Source: Mobula hypostoma
Taxonomy: Eukaryota
NCBI RefSeq assembly: GCF_963921235.1
Contig: NC_086108.1
Span: forward strand, 111,664,001-111,728,000
Direction of reading: 5' to 3'
DNA: 64,000 nt
The notes under the pieces were generated by a model. The model did no database searches. It was not told where the DNA came from and saw nothing but the letters and a program-made list of their open reading frames with translations. This document shows, one piece after another, positions 1-13,042 of this stretch. The position numbers and the translations under genes were made by a program. How positions within the stretch are numbered: position 1 is the first letter of the stretch; each line of letters opens with the position of its first letter.

Positions 1-245
1 ACTTTTTCCATGAATCACCTCCCAGCTTCTCACTTCCTCCCCTCCCCCACACACGTGGCTTCACCCATCACCTACCAGCTTATCTTCCTTCTGTGCCCCC
101 CCCCCCACTCCTATTTCGGCATCTTTTCCCTTCCTTCCCAGACCTGAAAAGATCGTGGCCCGGAACGCTGACTGTTTATTCGTTTCCATGCATTGCTGCC
201 TGACCTGCTGAGTTCCTCCAGCACTGTGCGCGCCGCTCTGATGCG
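1..245 (+). mobile_element. Degenerate Penelope-like element terminal repeat (pLTR) fragment
   Basis: Pyrimidine-rich tract, then a decayed hammerhead-like core (cctgaaaagatcgtggcccggaacgctgac, ~143-172) and 'tgctgcctgacctgctgagttcctccagca'. Same motifs occur in the better-preserved copies at 26.9 and 39.8 kb. Confidence 0.7.
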
Positions 246-254
246 CACACTCAC

Positions 255-408
255 CTTTCTCCACCATTGGGTCAATGTTGAATGATTCGTTGCCAGGACT
301 GACACTCCCCCGCTTGTAGAAATACTGACACACCGTCAACGGCATCAGGTCACTCCCTCGCCTTTCGTAAGCATGGTTACCAACAGAAATCTTATGCAGT
401 TTGACATA
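255..408 (-). CDS. MCOLN3: Mucolipin-3-like coding exon (third coding exon; extracytosolic domain)
   Basis: Acceptor ctctctcctAG|TAT, donor AAAG|GTGAGT, 154 bp, phase 0 to 1. Translates YVKLHKISVGNHAYERRGSDLMPLTVCQYFYKRGSVSPGNESFNIDPMVEK, matching the TRPML3-type SVGNHAYE...CQxFYKRG...PGNxxFxIDP segment. Confidence 0.95.
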
Positions 409-519
409 CTAGGAGAGAGCAAGAGAGATCTGTCCAAATGTCTTTTTAAACACTTTAAAAATAAAACTTGCCTCAGCCACCTCCTCTAGCAGCTTGTTCT
501 AGATGCCCACCCTCTGTAT

Positions 520-598
520 CAGGGGTTCCCATCCTGGGGAACGTGGACCTCTTGGTTAATGGTAGGAGCCCATGGCATGAAAAGGTTAGGAACCCCTG
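520..598. mobile_element. Short hAT-type MITE
   Basis: Termini CAGGGGTTCCC...GGAACCCCTG form a terminal inverted repeat. The 8-bp flanks are only partly alike (ctctgtat/ccctgggt). A decayed opposite-orientation copy lies at ~750-812. Confidence 0.65.
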
Positions 599-2271
599 CC
601 CTGGGTGCGAAAGGTTGCCCCTCAACTTTCCATCAAATAAAAGTTAAACAGCATGGAAGCAGGCCCTTTGGCCCATCTTGGGCATGCCAGCCAAGAATCC
701 CTTCCAAACTGGTCCCATTTGCTTGTGCTTGGCTCATATCCCTCTACGCTAGGGCTCCCCATGGACCCTAACCATTAACTGAGAGGGTCATGTACACCAG
801 GTTGGAATCCTGTATCTAACCTTTCCTATCCATGCACCTGTCCAAGTGCCAATTGACATTCTTTTCCCTTATGCCTCAATTTTTAATTGGAAAGTTTATT
901 GTAAATTTACAATTCTACAATAAAGGAAAATCAGTGACCAAACTAAATTAAATCTTCACCACCTCTATCTAGGAAGACATTTATTTGTACATGGAGAAGT
1001 TTGGAGGGCAAGCATGCAGGGGGAGGACAAGGTTCCAGGCAGAATAACAGTTCAGCATGGACTAGATGGGCTGAGGGGCCTGTGTTCAATGACTATTGGA
1101 TGGTAATTTTGTCTTTGCGCAGTACTGCATCCGCAAAACATTTTGCATGGAAGACACTGATACTAAAGTGGTTTTCAATTCAGATTCTGAGAAATTTCAG
1201 ATTCAGGTAAAGCCCACCCAAACACTGAGCACATCTACAAAGAGCACTGTCGCAGCAAAGCTGCATCCAGTAAGGACCACCAGGAGCCAGGCGTGCCCTC
1301 TTCTCACTGGCAGGAGGTGGAGATGCCTTGGGTCTCATACCACCATGTTCAGGAACGGTTATTACCCTTCAACTATCAGGCGAACTTCACTCACTGAACT
1401 GAATTCACAGCCTATGGACTCATTTTCAAGAGCTCTACAATTTATGTTCCCAGTATTTAATTATTTATTATTACTACTGCTTTTCATGCATTTGCAGTTT
1501 GTCTTTTGTACATTGGTTGTTTGTCAGTCTGTAGTTTTTCACTGATTATTTTATATTTTTGTTGCACTGAATGTCTGCAAGGAAATTATTCAGGGTACTA
1601 TATAGTAACACGTACTGTGAAAATAAATTGAACTTTGAGAAGGGGCAATTATTTAAAAATCAATAGACATAGGAATTTCTTTTCGAGGCTGGTGAATCTC
1701 TGGAAATTCCGTACTCCAGAAGGTTATGTAGTCTGGCATATTGCAAGTATCTAAAGGCGGCCCAAGTGGTTCAAAATGGCTCTAACAACTCATGAAATTC
1801 CAGCATTGATCTGCACATCTTTCCCTAATTAATACTGCAAAACTGAATTCACTACAAAAAAAGCAGTACACAAGTAATATAATATTAAGTTTCCAGTGAA
1901 CCCAAAGGGAGGCCCACAGGGAGGAGCAAAAGCCAGAAGCTCTTGATAAGGTCTAGAGGACAAACTTGTCTTGCCTACTGATCATTTCATTGTGACATCA
2001 AGGTAGTACAAGGGAAAACAATTGGAGAATACAGAATAACGTGCTACAGTGCAGGAGGGCAAGAAAGTGCAAGGCCATCACAAGATAGATTGTGAGGGTA
2101 AGAAACATTGAACAATTTGAGAGATAGAAGCTGTCTTTGACCCTGGAAGTACATGCCTTCAGGCTTTTGCTTTGTCTGCCTGATGGGAGAGGGAGAGAAG
2201 AGAGCAAAACCCTACAATCCACCCAGAATGGGTCTAAGCACAGAATAAAAATACAAACAGGCCGTGAATCA

Positions 2272-2475
2272 TAAGCACAAAATAATCTGCAGATGCTGTG
2301 ATCAAAGCAACACTTTCAGTACGCTGGATGAACTCAGCAGGTGGGGCAGCATCAGTTAGAAACGATGAGTCGATGTTTCGGTCCTGACGAAGGGTTCCGG
2401 CCCAAAACGTCGACTCATTGTTTCTAACTGATGCTGCCTGACCCGAGTTCATGCAGTGTACTGAAAGTGTTGCCT
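2272..2475. mobile_element. Self-inverted (foldback) mini Penelope-derived insertion with hammerhead core in the loop
   Basis: Perfect 13-bp TSD AGGCCGTGAATCA at 2259-2271 and 2476-2488. Arms ~2307-2377 and ~2405-2473 are reverse complements. CTGACGA...AAAACGTCGAC at 2381-2414. Confidence 0.85.
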
Positions 2476-3789
2476 AGGCCGTGAATCAGCACCATGGACA
2501 GTAAAGAATTTCTAAGCAGCTTCGCCTTAAAGTGGTAAAGTTACAGACACATCTGGATTCAGGTTATTCTTACATGTCTCTAAGGAGAGGGATTTCCCAC
2601 AATAATGGGTTACGTTACAAGACAACAGTACTGGAGGCCCTTTTTTTTTTAAATCTAGAAATTAAACTGAATATTGACAGTTCAGTAAAGTCAATAGACT
2701 CCAGACAAAATCTGCCTATAAAGCAGGCTTCCCAATATTATGCCATGGACAACTGCCATTAAGCAAAGGCTGTGTGGATCCCAGGTTGGAAGCCCCTGTT
2801 ATAAAGGGAGAAACACAGGGAGCATGTAAACAACATGCTGGAGAAACTCAGCATGAAATGTCAAGTATTTATTTCCCTCCATAGATGCTGTCTGACCTGC
2901 TGTGTTCCCTCAGCATTTTCTGCATTGCTCTGGATTACCAGCATCTGTAGAATCTCTCATTTATAAGCACTTAAAAGTCTAGTTTAGGTTTTTAATAAAT
3001 GTAGCTCATTTACAATTAAACTGACCCACAGTAAACATTAGAATTTGACAAACCTGGGTCAGGCTGGTTGCTGACCCTACAGTCCAAAGAGTAAACAGAA
3101 AGATCAAAGTTTCAAAATAAATTTATCAAAGCACTTGAACATGGACTAGAAGGGCCTGTTTCTGTGCTGTAGTGTTCATGCTGATACAAGTTCATGTTTG
3201 ATTATCATTCAACCATACACAAGTACAGCTGCATGAAGCAGCATTCCTCTGGGGCCAAGATGCAAAACATTACCAGCAGCAGACACTACAAATAGCATAT
3301 ATTGTTACGATTTCAGAAAAACAAAGTCAAAAAGAAAATATAGTTCAAGTCCGAGTGTCCAGCTTGTTGTTTCACTGAACACCAGAAGGCAGCATAACAC
3401 TTCATGGCATACAGTGATAGAAACCTGATTCACCATCTCCCAGAGCCCAGGAGCAAGTTCACATCCTTTAGCCCGTCAAGAACTTCACCCCGCTCATGGA
3501 ATCACTTGTACTCTTACTTCCCCTGCCTGCCTTGGATTTGTAAATTTATAAACCTGCTCCTAACAGCAGTCTATCAATCTCAGATTTAGATCAAAAAGAA
3601 CAGGATCTTACGCAAAAGAACAAAACGTGCAGCAATGTTCAAAATAAATCAAAGTACACACGTCACCATATACAACCCTGAGATTTTTTCTTGTGGACAT
3701 ACATAGAAAAAGTTATAGGTGTTATGAAAGCTCAAAGACTAATAAACAATGTGCAAAAGGCCAAGTGCATGTCAAGGTAACACAGCACC

Positions 3790-4310
3790 ACAAAACCAGA
3801 ATTAGGTCACTCAGACCACTGAGTCTGTGACACCATTACAACATGGCTGATCCATTTCCCTCTCAGCCCATTCTTCCTGTAACCATTCACGCCCTGACTA
3901 ATCAACGCCCACTTTAGATACACCTGATGTCTTGGCCCCCCACAGCTGCTGTGGCAATGAATTTCACAGATTCACCACCCTCTGGCTAAAGAAATTCCTC
4001 TTCATCTTTGTACTGAAGGACATCCCTATATTCTGAGGCTGTGCCCTCTGATCCTAGTCTCCTCCACTACAGGAAACATCCTCTCCACATCCAATCTAGG
4101 CCTTTCAATATTTGATAGATTTCAATGACATACCTCCCATTATTCTACATTCCACCAAGTATAGGCCCGGAGCCATCAAACACTCCTCATACAATGCCTT
4201 TCATTCCTGGAATCATTCTCGTGAACCTCCTCTGAACTGCCCCCCACCCTCCAAAGTCAGCACATCCTTTCTAAATAAGGGGCTTCCAAGCTACTCACAA
4301 TACTCAAAGT
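3790..4310 (-). mobile_element. Degenerate CR1 LINE 3' fragment
   Basis: Reverse complement of the CR1 ORF2 C-terminus and 3'UTR (tttagccagagggtggtgaatctgtg...) as in other CR1 copies in the window. Confidence 0.8.
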
Positions 4311-4575
4311 AGTGGTTACCATGACACTATTAGCGCTCAGGATGTCAGAGTTCAGAGTTCAATCCCAGCATCCTCTATGAGATTGTACACCCTCCCCCTA
4401 GAATGCATGGGTTTCCTCCAAGTTCTCTGGCTTCCTTTCAGACCAGAGACGTACCAGTTAGTTGGTGAATTGTCATTGTAGTTGCCCTGTGATTAGGCGA
4501 GGTTAAATTGATGGGTTGCGTGTGGCACAGCTTAAAGGGCCAGAAAGGCCTGTTCTGCATCTCCAAGTATAAAGT
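4310..4575 (+). mobile_element. tRNA-derived SINE with V-SINE-like core
   Basis: A-box-like gtagtggtta, B-box-like gagttcaatccc, core 'gcatgggtttcctcc...ctctggcttcct...agacgtacc', CR1-like tail 'gggccagaaaggcctgttc'. Confidence 0.6.
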
Positions 4576-5605
4576 GCGCAATAAAAAGTAAATAAATACT
4601 GAGGAACACGAGTTGTCGAATCCTTCAAAACAAGTGCACAGGTTACAGAATCAGTTCAGTGTTGAGGTGAGTGAAGTTACCCATGCTGGTTCAGGACCCT
4701 GACGTTTCAGGGGTAAGAAATATTCTTGAAACTGTGGTGGGAACTAGACAGTCTTCCAAAAAAAGATGAAAGTGTTCAAAATTCAGTCAGAGTTAGAGAA
4801 ACATGACAACCAGCTCAGAGAAATCTCAAATAAAAGTAAAATAGAAATGGGAGCAGTTCACTTGGCCCATCAAGACTATCCTACCATTCAGTACAATGTC
4901 TGATCTATGCCAGACTTTAAGACTAATTTGATTTGTCACACACGTCAAAACAGTGACACATCATATCAAATCAGTAATGAAGGCAATCTCTTCCAGCACC
5001 AAAACAGCGCACACTAAGCACTAACCCGAATCTTTGGAAGGTGGGAGGAAACCCATGCAGTCACGGGGAGAACAATCTCCTTGCAGACCCCAATTTGTGA
5101 TCACTGGCACTGTAATAGCATTATGCTAACCACTACACTACCATGCCATCCACTCCTTACTGAGCCACCATCAGCTCTGCCAATTCCCCCGTATTTCTCA
5201 GTTCTTTGGCTCATTCGTTTCCACAGATTCATGACTCGGACTCCACTACCCTCAAGTGGAGAATTCCAGACATTACATGCCTCAGGACTCCTGCAGTACA
5301 CACCTTCATGTGAAGTGACTATAGAACAGTTCAGCACAGGTACAAGCCCTGCAGCCCACCATGTTATAGCTGACTACTTACCCACTCCAAGATCAGTCTA
5401 ATCCTTCCCTCCAACATAACCCTCAATTTTTTCTTCATCCACGTGCCAATCTAAGATTCTCTTAAATGTCCCTAATATCTACCACACAAAACATTAGACA
5501 TCCTCTATACCTTCCCTTCAATCACCTTAAAATTATGACCTCTTGTATTAGCCACTTCCACCCTGAAAAAAGGTCTATCTACTTGATCTATGCCTCTTAC
5601 ACACC

Positions 5606-8517
5606 ATAGAAACCATAGAAACTATAGCACAGAAACAGGCCTTTTGGCCCTTCTTGGCTGTGCCGAACCATTTTCTGCCTAGTCCCACTGACCTGCACAC
5701 GGACCATATCCCTCCATACACCTCCCATCCATGTATCTGTCCAATTTATTCTTAAATGTTAAAAAAGAACCCGCATTTACCACCTCATCTGGCAGCTTAT
5801 TCCATACTCCCACCACTCTCTGTGTGAAGAAGCCCCCACTAATGTTCCCTTTAAACTTTTCCCCCCTCACCCTTAACCCATGTCCTCTGGTTTTTTTCTC
5901 CCCTTGCCTCAGTGGAAAAAGCCTGCTTGCATTCATTCTATCTATACCCATCATAATTTTATATACCTCTGTCAAATCTCCCCTCATTCTTCTACGCTCC
6001 AGGGAATAAAGTCCTAACCTATTCAACCTTTCTCTGTAACTGAGTTTCTCAAGTCCCGGCAACATCCTTGTAAACCTTCTCAGCACTCTTTCAACCTTAT
6101 TTATATCCTTCCAAAACTGAACACAATACTCCAGATTCGGCCTCACCAATACCTTATACAACCTCATCATAACATTCCAGCTCTTATACTCAATACTTTG
6201 ATTAATAATGGCCAATGTACCAAAAGCTCTCTTTATGACCCTATCTACCTGTGACGCCACTTTTAGGGAATTTTGTATCTGTATTCCCAGATCCCTCTGT
6301 TCCACTGCACTCCTCAGTGCCTTACCATTAACCCTGTATGTTCTACCTTGGTTTGTCCTTCCAACATGCAATACCTCACACTTGTCTGTATTAAACTCAT
6401 CTGCCATTTTTCAGCCCATTTTTCCAGCTGGTCCAAGTCCCTCTGCAGGCTCTGAAAACCTTCCTCACTGTCTACTACACCTCCAATCTTTGTATCATCA
6501 GCAAATTTGCTGATCCAATTTACCACATTATCATCCAGATCATTGATATAGATGACAAATAACAATGAACCCAGCACTGATCCCTGTGGCACACCACTAG
6601 TCACAGGCCTCCATTCGGAGAAGCAATTCTCTACTACCACTCTTTGGCTTCTTCCATTGAGCCAATGTCTAATCCAATTTACCACCTCTCCATGTATACC
6701 TAGCAACTGAATTTTCCTAACTAACCTCCCAAGCGGGACCTTGTCAAAGGCCTTACTGAAGTCCATGTAGACAATATCCACTGCCTTCCCTTCATCCACT
6801 TTCCTGGTAACCTCCTCGAACAACTCCAATAGATTGGTCAAACATGACCTACCACGCACAAAGCCATGTTGACTCTCCATAATAAGTCCCTGTCTATCCA
6901 AATGCTTGTAGATTCTGTCTCTTAGTACTCCCTCCAATAACTTACCTACTACCGACGTTAAACTTACTGGCCTATAATTTCCCAGAATACTTTTCGATCC
7001 TTTTTTAAACAACGGAACAACATGAGCCACTCTCCAATCCTCCGGCACCTCACCTGTAGACAGCGACATTTTAAATATTTCTGCCAGGGCCCCTGCAATT
7101 TCAACACTAGTCTCCTTCAAGGTCCGAGGGAACACCCTGTCAGGTCCCGGGGATTTATCCACTTTAATTTTCCTCAAGACAGCAAGGACCTCCTCCTTTT
7201 CGATTTGTACAGTTTCCATGATCTCACTACTTGTTTCCCTTAATTCCATAGACTTCATGCCAGTTTCCTTAGTAAATACAGACGCAAAAAACCTATTTAA
7301 GATCTCCCCCATTTCCTTTGGTTCCGCACATAGCCGACCACTCTGATCTTCAAGAGGACCAATTTTATCCCTTACAATCTTTTTGCTCTTAATATACCTG
7401 TAAAAGCTCTTTGGATTATCCTTCACTTTGACTGCCAAGGCAACCTCATGTCTTCTTTTAGCCCTCCTGATTTCTTTAAGTATTTTCTTGCACTTCTTAT
7501 ACTCCTCAAGCACCTTATTTACTTCCTGCTTCTTATACATGTCATACAACTCCCTCTTCTTCTTTATCAGAGTTGCAATATCCCTTGAGAACCAAGGTTC
7601 CTTATTCCTATTCACTTTGCCTTTAATCCTGACAGGAACATACAAATTCTGCACTCTCAAAATTTCTCCTTTGAAGGCTTCCCACCTACCAATCACATCC
7701 TTGCCAGAGAACAACCTGTCCCAATCCACGCTTTTTAGATCCTTTCTCATTTCTTCAAATTTGGCCTTCTTCCAGTTCAGAACCTCAACCCTAGGACCAG
7801 ATCTATCCTTGTCCATGATCAAGTTGAAACTAATGGTGCTCTGATCAATGGAACCAAAGTGCTCCCCTACACAGACTTCTGTCACTTGTCCTAACTCATT
7901 TCCTAACAGGAGATCCAATATTGCATCCCCTCTAGTTGGTCCCTCTATATATTGATTTAGAAAACTTTCCTGAACACATTTTACAAACTCTAAACCATCT
8001 CGACCCTAAGAGTATGGGAGACCCAATCAATATATGGAAAATTAAAATCCCCTACCACCACAACTTTATGTTTCCTGCAGTTGCCTGCTATCTCTCTGCA
8101 GATTTGCTCTTCCAATTCTCGTTGACTATTGGGTGGTCTGTAATACAATCCCACTAATGTGGCCATACCTTTCCTGTTTCTCAGTTCCACCCATAAGGAC
8201 TCAGTAGACAAGTCCTCTAATCTGTCCGGCATGAGCACTGCTGTAATATTTTCCCTAACAAGCAATGCTACCCCCCCCCCCCACCTTTCATTCCTCTGCC
8301 TCGATCACATCTGAAACATCGGAACCCTGGAATATTAAGCTGCCAGTCCTGCCCCTCCTGTAGCCAAGTTTCACTAATTGCTACAACATCATAATTCCAC
8401 GTGTCAATCCACGCCCTCAACTCATCTGCCTTCCCCGCAATATTCCTAGCATTGAAATATATACACCTCAAGATTTTTACCACCAATCACAACCTTTCTA
8501 TAAGCGGATTTGCTTGA
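5606..8517 (-). mobile_element. CR1 LINE, 5'-truncated, essentially complete but frameshifted ORF2 (APE endonuclease + RT)
   Basis: ORFs 8268-8486, 7990-8265, 6314-7918 and 5679-6407 give NARNI...ETWL, GDFN, PGPD, YRPVSLTS, GVPQGSVLG, FADD, RPNLEYC. (TTTCTATGG)n tail at the 5606 end. ACACC duplicated at 5601-5605 and 8518-8522. Confidence 0.95.
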
Positions 8518-9360
8518 ACACCTCCATAAATTCACGTCATCCTCCTCTCCAGAGAGAAAAGCCTGAGCTCACCCAACCCCTCCTCACAAGACATGCTCTC
8601 TAATCCACGTAGCATTCTGGCAAACCTCCTCCAATGAGGCAACCAGAACTGAACACAATATTCCAAGTGTGGTCTGACTGGGGTTTTATAGAGCTGCAAC
8701 CTTACCTCGTGGCTCTTGAACTCAGTCCCCCAAAGTTGATTTTATAATCAAAGTACATATACAACCGAGATTCATTTTCCTGCAGGCATACTCAGCAAAT
8801 CCATAGAACAGGAACTAACAGATCAATGAAAGACCAGAGTACAGACAACAAACTGCAAGTATAAATAAGCAGCAATAAATAACAAGAACACGAGATGAGA
8901 CACCGAGTCATTAAAGTGAGATCATTGGTTGTGGGAACAGCACAATGACCCCAATTCAAGGACCATTTTATTACCTAAACTAATGAGGGCCAATGCCCTA
9001 CACCTTTTCAAATCTTTTTATTGTTATATTATACAAAGAAATAACACGAGTACATTGAAGTAACAACACTTACAATGTCTCAAAAAAGACATTATCTTAA
9101 AGACTGAAAAAAAGCACACCTTCTTAACCAGCCTGTCAACTTGTGCAGCAATTTTGAGGGATCTATGGAGGTGTTCCTCCACACTGCTAAGAATCCTGCC
9201 ACTGACTACTCTTCCTTCAAGATTGACCTTCTAAAATGAACTCCACCCACTTTCACATTTTAAACATTTGAAGGAAATCTTAAAATAGACACTACACATT
9301 TCATTAAAACCTGATGAAGATGAAATAGAAGAGCTAGAGAAATGGAACACAGTAACTCAC

Positions 9361-9528
9361 CTGACTGAATATGAAGGAAAGATACTCGTACACTTCACTT
9401 TGGGTATAGATTGCAAAGTCACTGCTGGTACCATCCACGTAGTTCTTAATGAAGAGGTTCTTAAAAGCCACAGTATTCTCCTCTTTGAAGAGAACAACCA
9501 TCTGATTGCTGAGCCCAAAGAGAACCAA
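9361..9528 (-). CDS. MCOLN3: Mucolipin-3-like coding exon (end of S1 and luminal pore loop)
   Basis: Acceptor cttctcttgcAG|TTG, donor TCAG|GTGAGT, 168 bp, phase 0-0. Translates LVLFGLSNQMVVLFKEENTVAFKNLFIKNYVDGTSSDFAIYTQSEVYEYLSFIFSQ. Confidence 0.96.
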
Positions 9529-9689
9529 CTGCAAGAGAAGAGAAAGCTGATTGCGCGACTGACACCGAGGATAACACAAGTGGCTGTTACTCACAGTCCC
9601 ATTTCTCAAGCTTCAAGTGGTCGAGAAACATTTCCCAAGTCAGCGTCCCCTACCAGTTTAGTTCAGCATGCCTAGCTGGGTGTGTGAGC

Positions 9690-10180
9690 AGTTTTGGGCC
9701 CCTGATCGAAAAAGGATTTGCTGGCCTTGAGGAGCTAGGTGGTTTATGAGGATGATGCTGGGAATGAAAAAAAATTATGAGTTTGATAGGCCTGGACCTG
9801 TACTCACTGGAATTAGAGGATAAGGGGGTAGGGATCTCAAAACATATTCAATATTGAAAGGCTTACAGTGGATGTGAAGAGGATGTTTCTACAGTGGTGG
9901 GGGAGGGGTGTGTGTGAAGAAAATCAGACCAGAAGATTCAGCCTTAGAATAGAAGAATGTCCCTTTAAAACAGGTGAGGAATTTGTTTAGCCAGAGGGTG
10001 GCGACAGCTGTGGAAGCCAAGAACTGGGTATATTTAAAGCAGAGGCTGATAGGTTGTTGATTAGTTGGGGTATCAAATGTTACAGGGAGAAGGCAAGAGA
10101 ATGGGATAATAAATCAGCCATGGAATGGCAGGGCAGACTTGACAGGATGAATGGCCCAATTCTGCTTCTGTCTTGCTTTG
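9690..10180 (+). mobile_element. Degenerate CR1 3' fragment
   Basis: CR1 ORF2 C-terminal and 3'UTR motifs (tttagccagagggtgg, aatcagccatg...aatggcccaattctgct). Confidence 0.75.
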
Positions 10181-11746
10181 TACTGTATTGCTGCAGCAAA
10201 ACAGCAATTCTCATGACAAGAATGATAATAAATAAACTGATTCTAATTTGTGAGCATGTTAATTGGCATCCTCATTCTAACTCAGTGGATTTGTGCCCAA
10301 ATTCAGATTTACGTTTCACATGTACATTGAAACAGTGAAATGTTAGAAGAAATGTGCCCCATTAAGCACCTTTACGAGAAGCACTGTCAGAAAAAGCAGC
10401 ACCCTTTAAGGACCACCACCCAGACCATACTTACTGCCATCAGAAATGAGGTACAGGAGCCTCAGGAACAGTTATTACCCCTCAACCATCAGGCTCTTGA
10501 ACCAGAGGAGAGAACCATACTCACCCCAACTCTGACCCATTTCCACAACTTATGGATTCACTTTTAAGGGTCGACAACTCAGAGTTATAAAATAGTAATG
10601 GGGAACAAGAAAACGACAGACACGCTGAACAAGCATTTGGCATCAGTCAGATACTTATTCTACTAGTTTACTGTGTTCCATTTCACTGTGGAAGACACTA
10701 GCAGTATGGTGAGAGTTCCAGGTGTGAATGGTCATGAAGTGTGTGAAGTTACCATAACTAGAGAGAAGGCTCTTGGCAAAACTGAAAGGTCTAAAGGTAG
10801 ATAAGTCACCTGGAACAGATTGTACACCCCAAGATCCTGAACTAGGTGGATGAAGAGATAATGGAGGCATTAGTAATGTTCTTGCAAGCACCACTAGATT
10901 CTGGAATGGTTCCAGAAGACTGAAAAATTGCCAGTGTTACTCCACACTTCAAGTGAGGGTGGGAGGCAGAAGTAAGGAAGCTATAGGCCAGTTAGTCTGA
11001 CCTTAGTGGTTGAGAAGATGATGTTGGAGTCAATTGTTAAAGATATGGTTTTGGGATACTTGTAGGCACATAATAAAATAAGCTGTGGTCAGCATGGCTT
11101 CCTCAAGGGAAAATCTTGCCTGACAAATGTGTTGGAATTCTTTGAAAAAACAGCAAGCAGGATAGAATCAATTGATGTTGTGTACTTGGATTTTCAGAAG
11201 GCCTTTGACAAGGTACTACACACAAGGGTCCTTAACAAATTACAAGCCCATGGTATTACAGGAAAGATTCTAGCATGGATAAAGCAGAGGCAGATTGGCA
11301 GGAGGCAAAGCATGGAAATAAAGGGAGCCTTTTAGTTGGCTGCTGGTGACCAGTGGTGGTGGGACAGATTCTTTTTTACATTAAATGTCAATGATTTGGA
11401 TGATGGAATTGATGGCTTCGTAATGTTTGCTGATGATATGAAGATAAGTGGAGGAGCAGATAGATTTGGGAAGTAGAAGCTATAGAAGGACTTGGATTAG
11501 AAGAATGAGCAGAGAAATGGCAGATAGAATAGTGGTGGGAAGTGTATGGTCATGCACCTTGGTAGAAGAAATAAATAGGGTAGACCATTTTCTAAGTAGA
11601 TGCCTTTCTAATACAAAAAAGGCAAAGGGACTTGGAGTCCTTGTGCAGGATTCCCTAAAGTTTAATTTGCGGGTTGAGTCTGTGGTGAGAAAGGCAAATG
11701 CAATGTTAGCATTCATTTTAAGATGACTAGAATATAAAAGCAGGGA

Positions 11747-12740
11747 TCTGTGCTGGGTACAATGTTGTTTGTCATATGTATAAATAATCTGAATGATGGG
11801 GTGGTAAATTGGATTAGTAAGTATGCAGATGATAGTGTACTTAGATAGGTGGAGTTGAGGATAATAAAGTAGGTTTTCAAAGCTTGCAGAGAGATTTAGG
11901 CCAGTTAGCAGAGTGGGCTGAAAGATGGCAGATGGAGTTTAATGCTGATAAATGTGAGGTGCTACATTTTGGTAGGACTAATCAAAATAGGATATACATG
12001 GTAAATGGTAGGGCATTGAAGAATGCAGTACAGAGGGATCTAGGAATAATAGTGCATAGTTCTCTGAAGGTGGAATCTCATGTGGATAGGGTGGTGAAGA
12101 AAGCTTTTGGTATGCTGGCCTTTATAAATCAGAGCATTGAGTATAGCAGTTGGGATGTAATTTTGAAATTGTACAAGGCATTGGTAAGGCCAAATTTGGA
12201 GTATTGTGTACAGTTCTGGTCACCGAATTATAGGAAAAATGTCAACAAAATAGAGAGAGTACAGATAAGATTTACTAGAATGTTACCTGGGTTTCATCTC
12301 CTAATTTAAAGAGAAAGGTTGAACAAGTTGGGTCTTTATTCTTTGGAGCGTAGAAGGTTGAGGGGGGACTTGATAGAGGTATTTAAAATTATGAGGGGGA
12401 TAGATAGAGTTGACGTGGATAGACTTTTTCCATTGAGAGTGGGGGAGATTCAAACAAGAGGACATGAGTTGAGAGTTAAAGGGCAAAAGGTTAGGGATAA
12501 CATGAGGGGGAACTTCTTTACTCAGAGTGGTAGCTATGTGGAACGAGCTTCCAGCAGAAGTGGTAGAGGCAGGTTCAATGTTGTCATTTAAAGTTAAATA
12601 GGATGGATATATGGACAGGAAAGGAATGGAGGGTTATGGGCTGAGTGCAGGTCGGTGGGACTAGGTGAGAGCAAGAGTTCAGCATGGACTAGAAGAGCCG
12701 AGATGGTCTGTTTCCGTGCTGTAATTGTTATATGGTTATA
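11747..12740 (+). mobile_element. 5'-truncated CR1 nested in older CR1
   Basis: ORFs 11884-12309 and 12319-12591 (WQMEFNADKC, RPNLEYCVQFW, LERRRLRGDLIE). tatggtta tail. Confidence 0.9.
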
Positions 12741-13042
12741 CAAGTGTGGGCACGTGGCCAAGTGGTTAAGGCATTGGACTAGTGACCTGAAGGCTGAGGG
12801 AACGTGTTGTGACCTTGAGCAAGGCACTTAATCACACATTGCTCTGCGACGACACTGGTGCCGAGCTGTATGGGTCCTAATGCCCTTCCCTTGGGCAACA
12901 TTGGTGTCATGGAGAGGGGAGACTTGCAGCATGGGCAACTGCCAGTCTTCCATACAACCTTGCCCAGGCCTGCACCCTGGAGAGTGAAGACTTTCCAGGC
13001 ACAGATCCATGGTCTCACAAGACTAATGGATGCCTTTATATT
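12741..13042 (+). mobile_element. tRNA-headed SINE inserted in a CR1 tail
   Basis: A-box TGGCCAAGTGGTTAAGGC at ~12755. 10-bp TSD TATGGTTATA at 12731-12740 and 13043-13052. A second partial copy lies at ~29823-30000. Confidence 0.85.

Noticed and set aside
143..176. Additional hammerhead motifs (also ~14760, ~21580, ~37430, ~63705)
   Set aside because: Core nucleotides are mutated or deleted; treated as decayed pLTR remnants.
12750..12830. tRNA gene
   Set aside because: Only the A-box half is recognisable, there is no complete cloverleaf, and it is the head of a TSD-flanked SINE.
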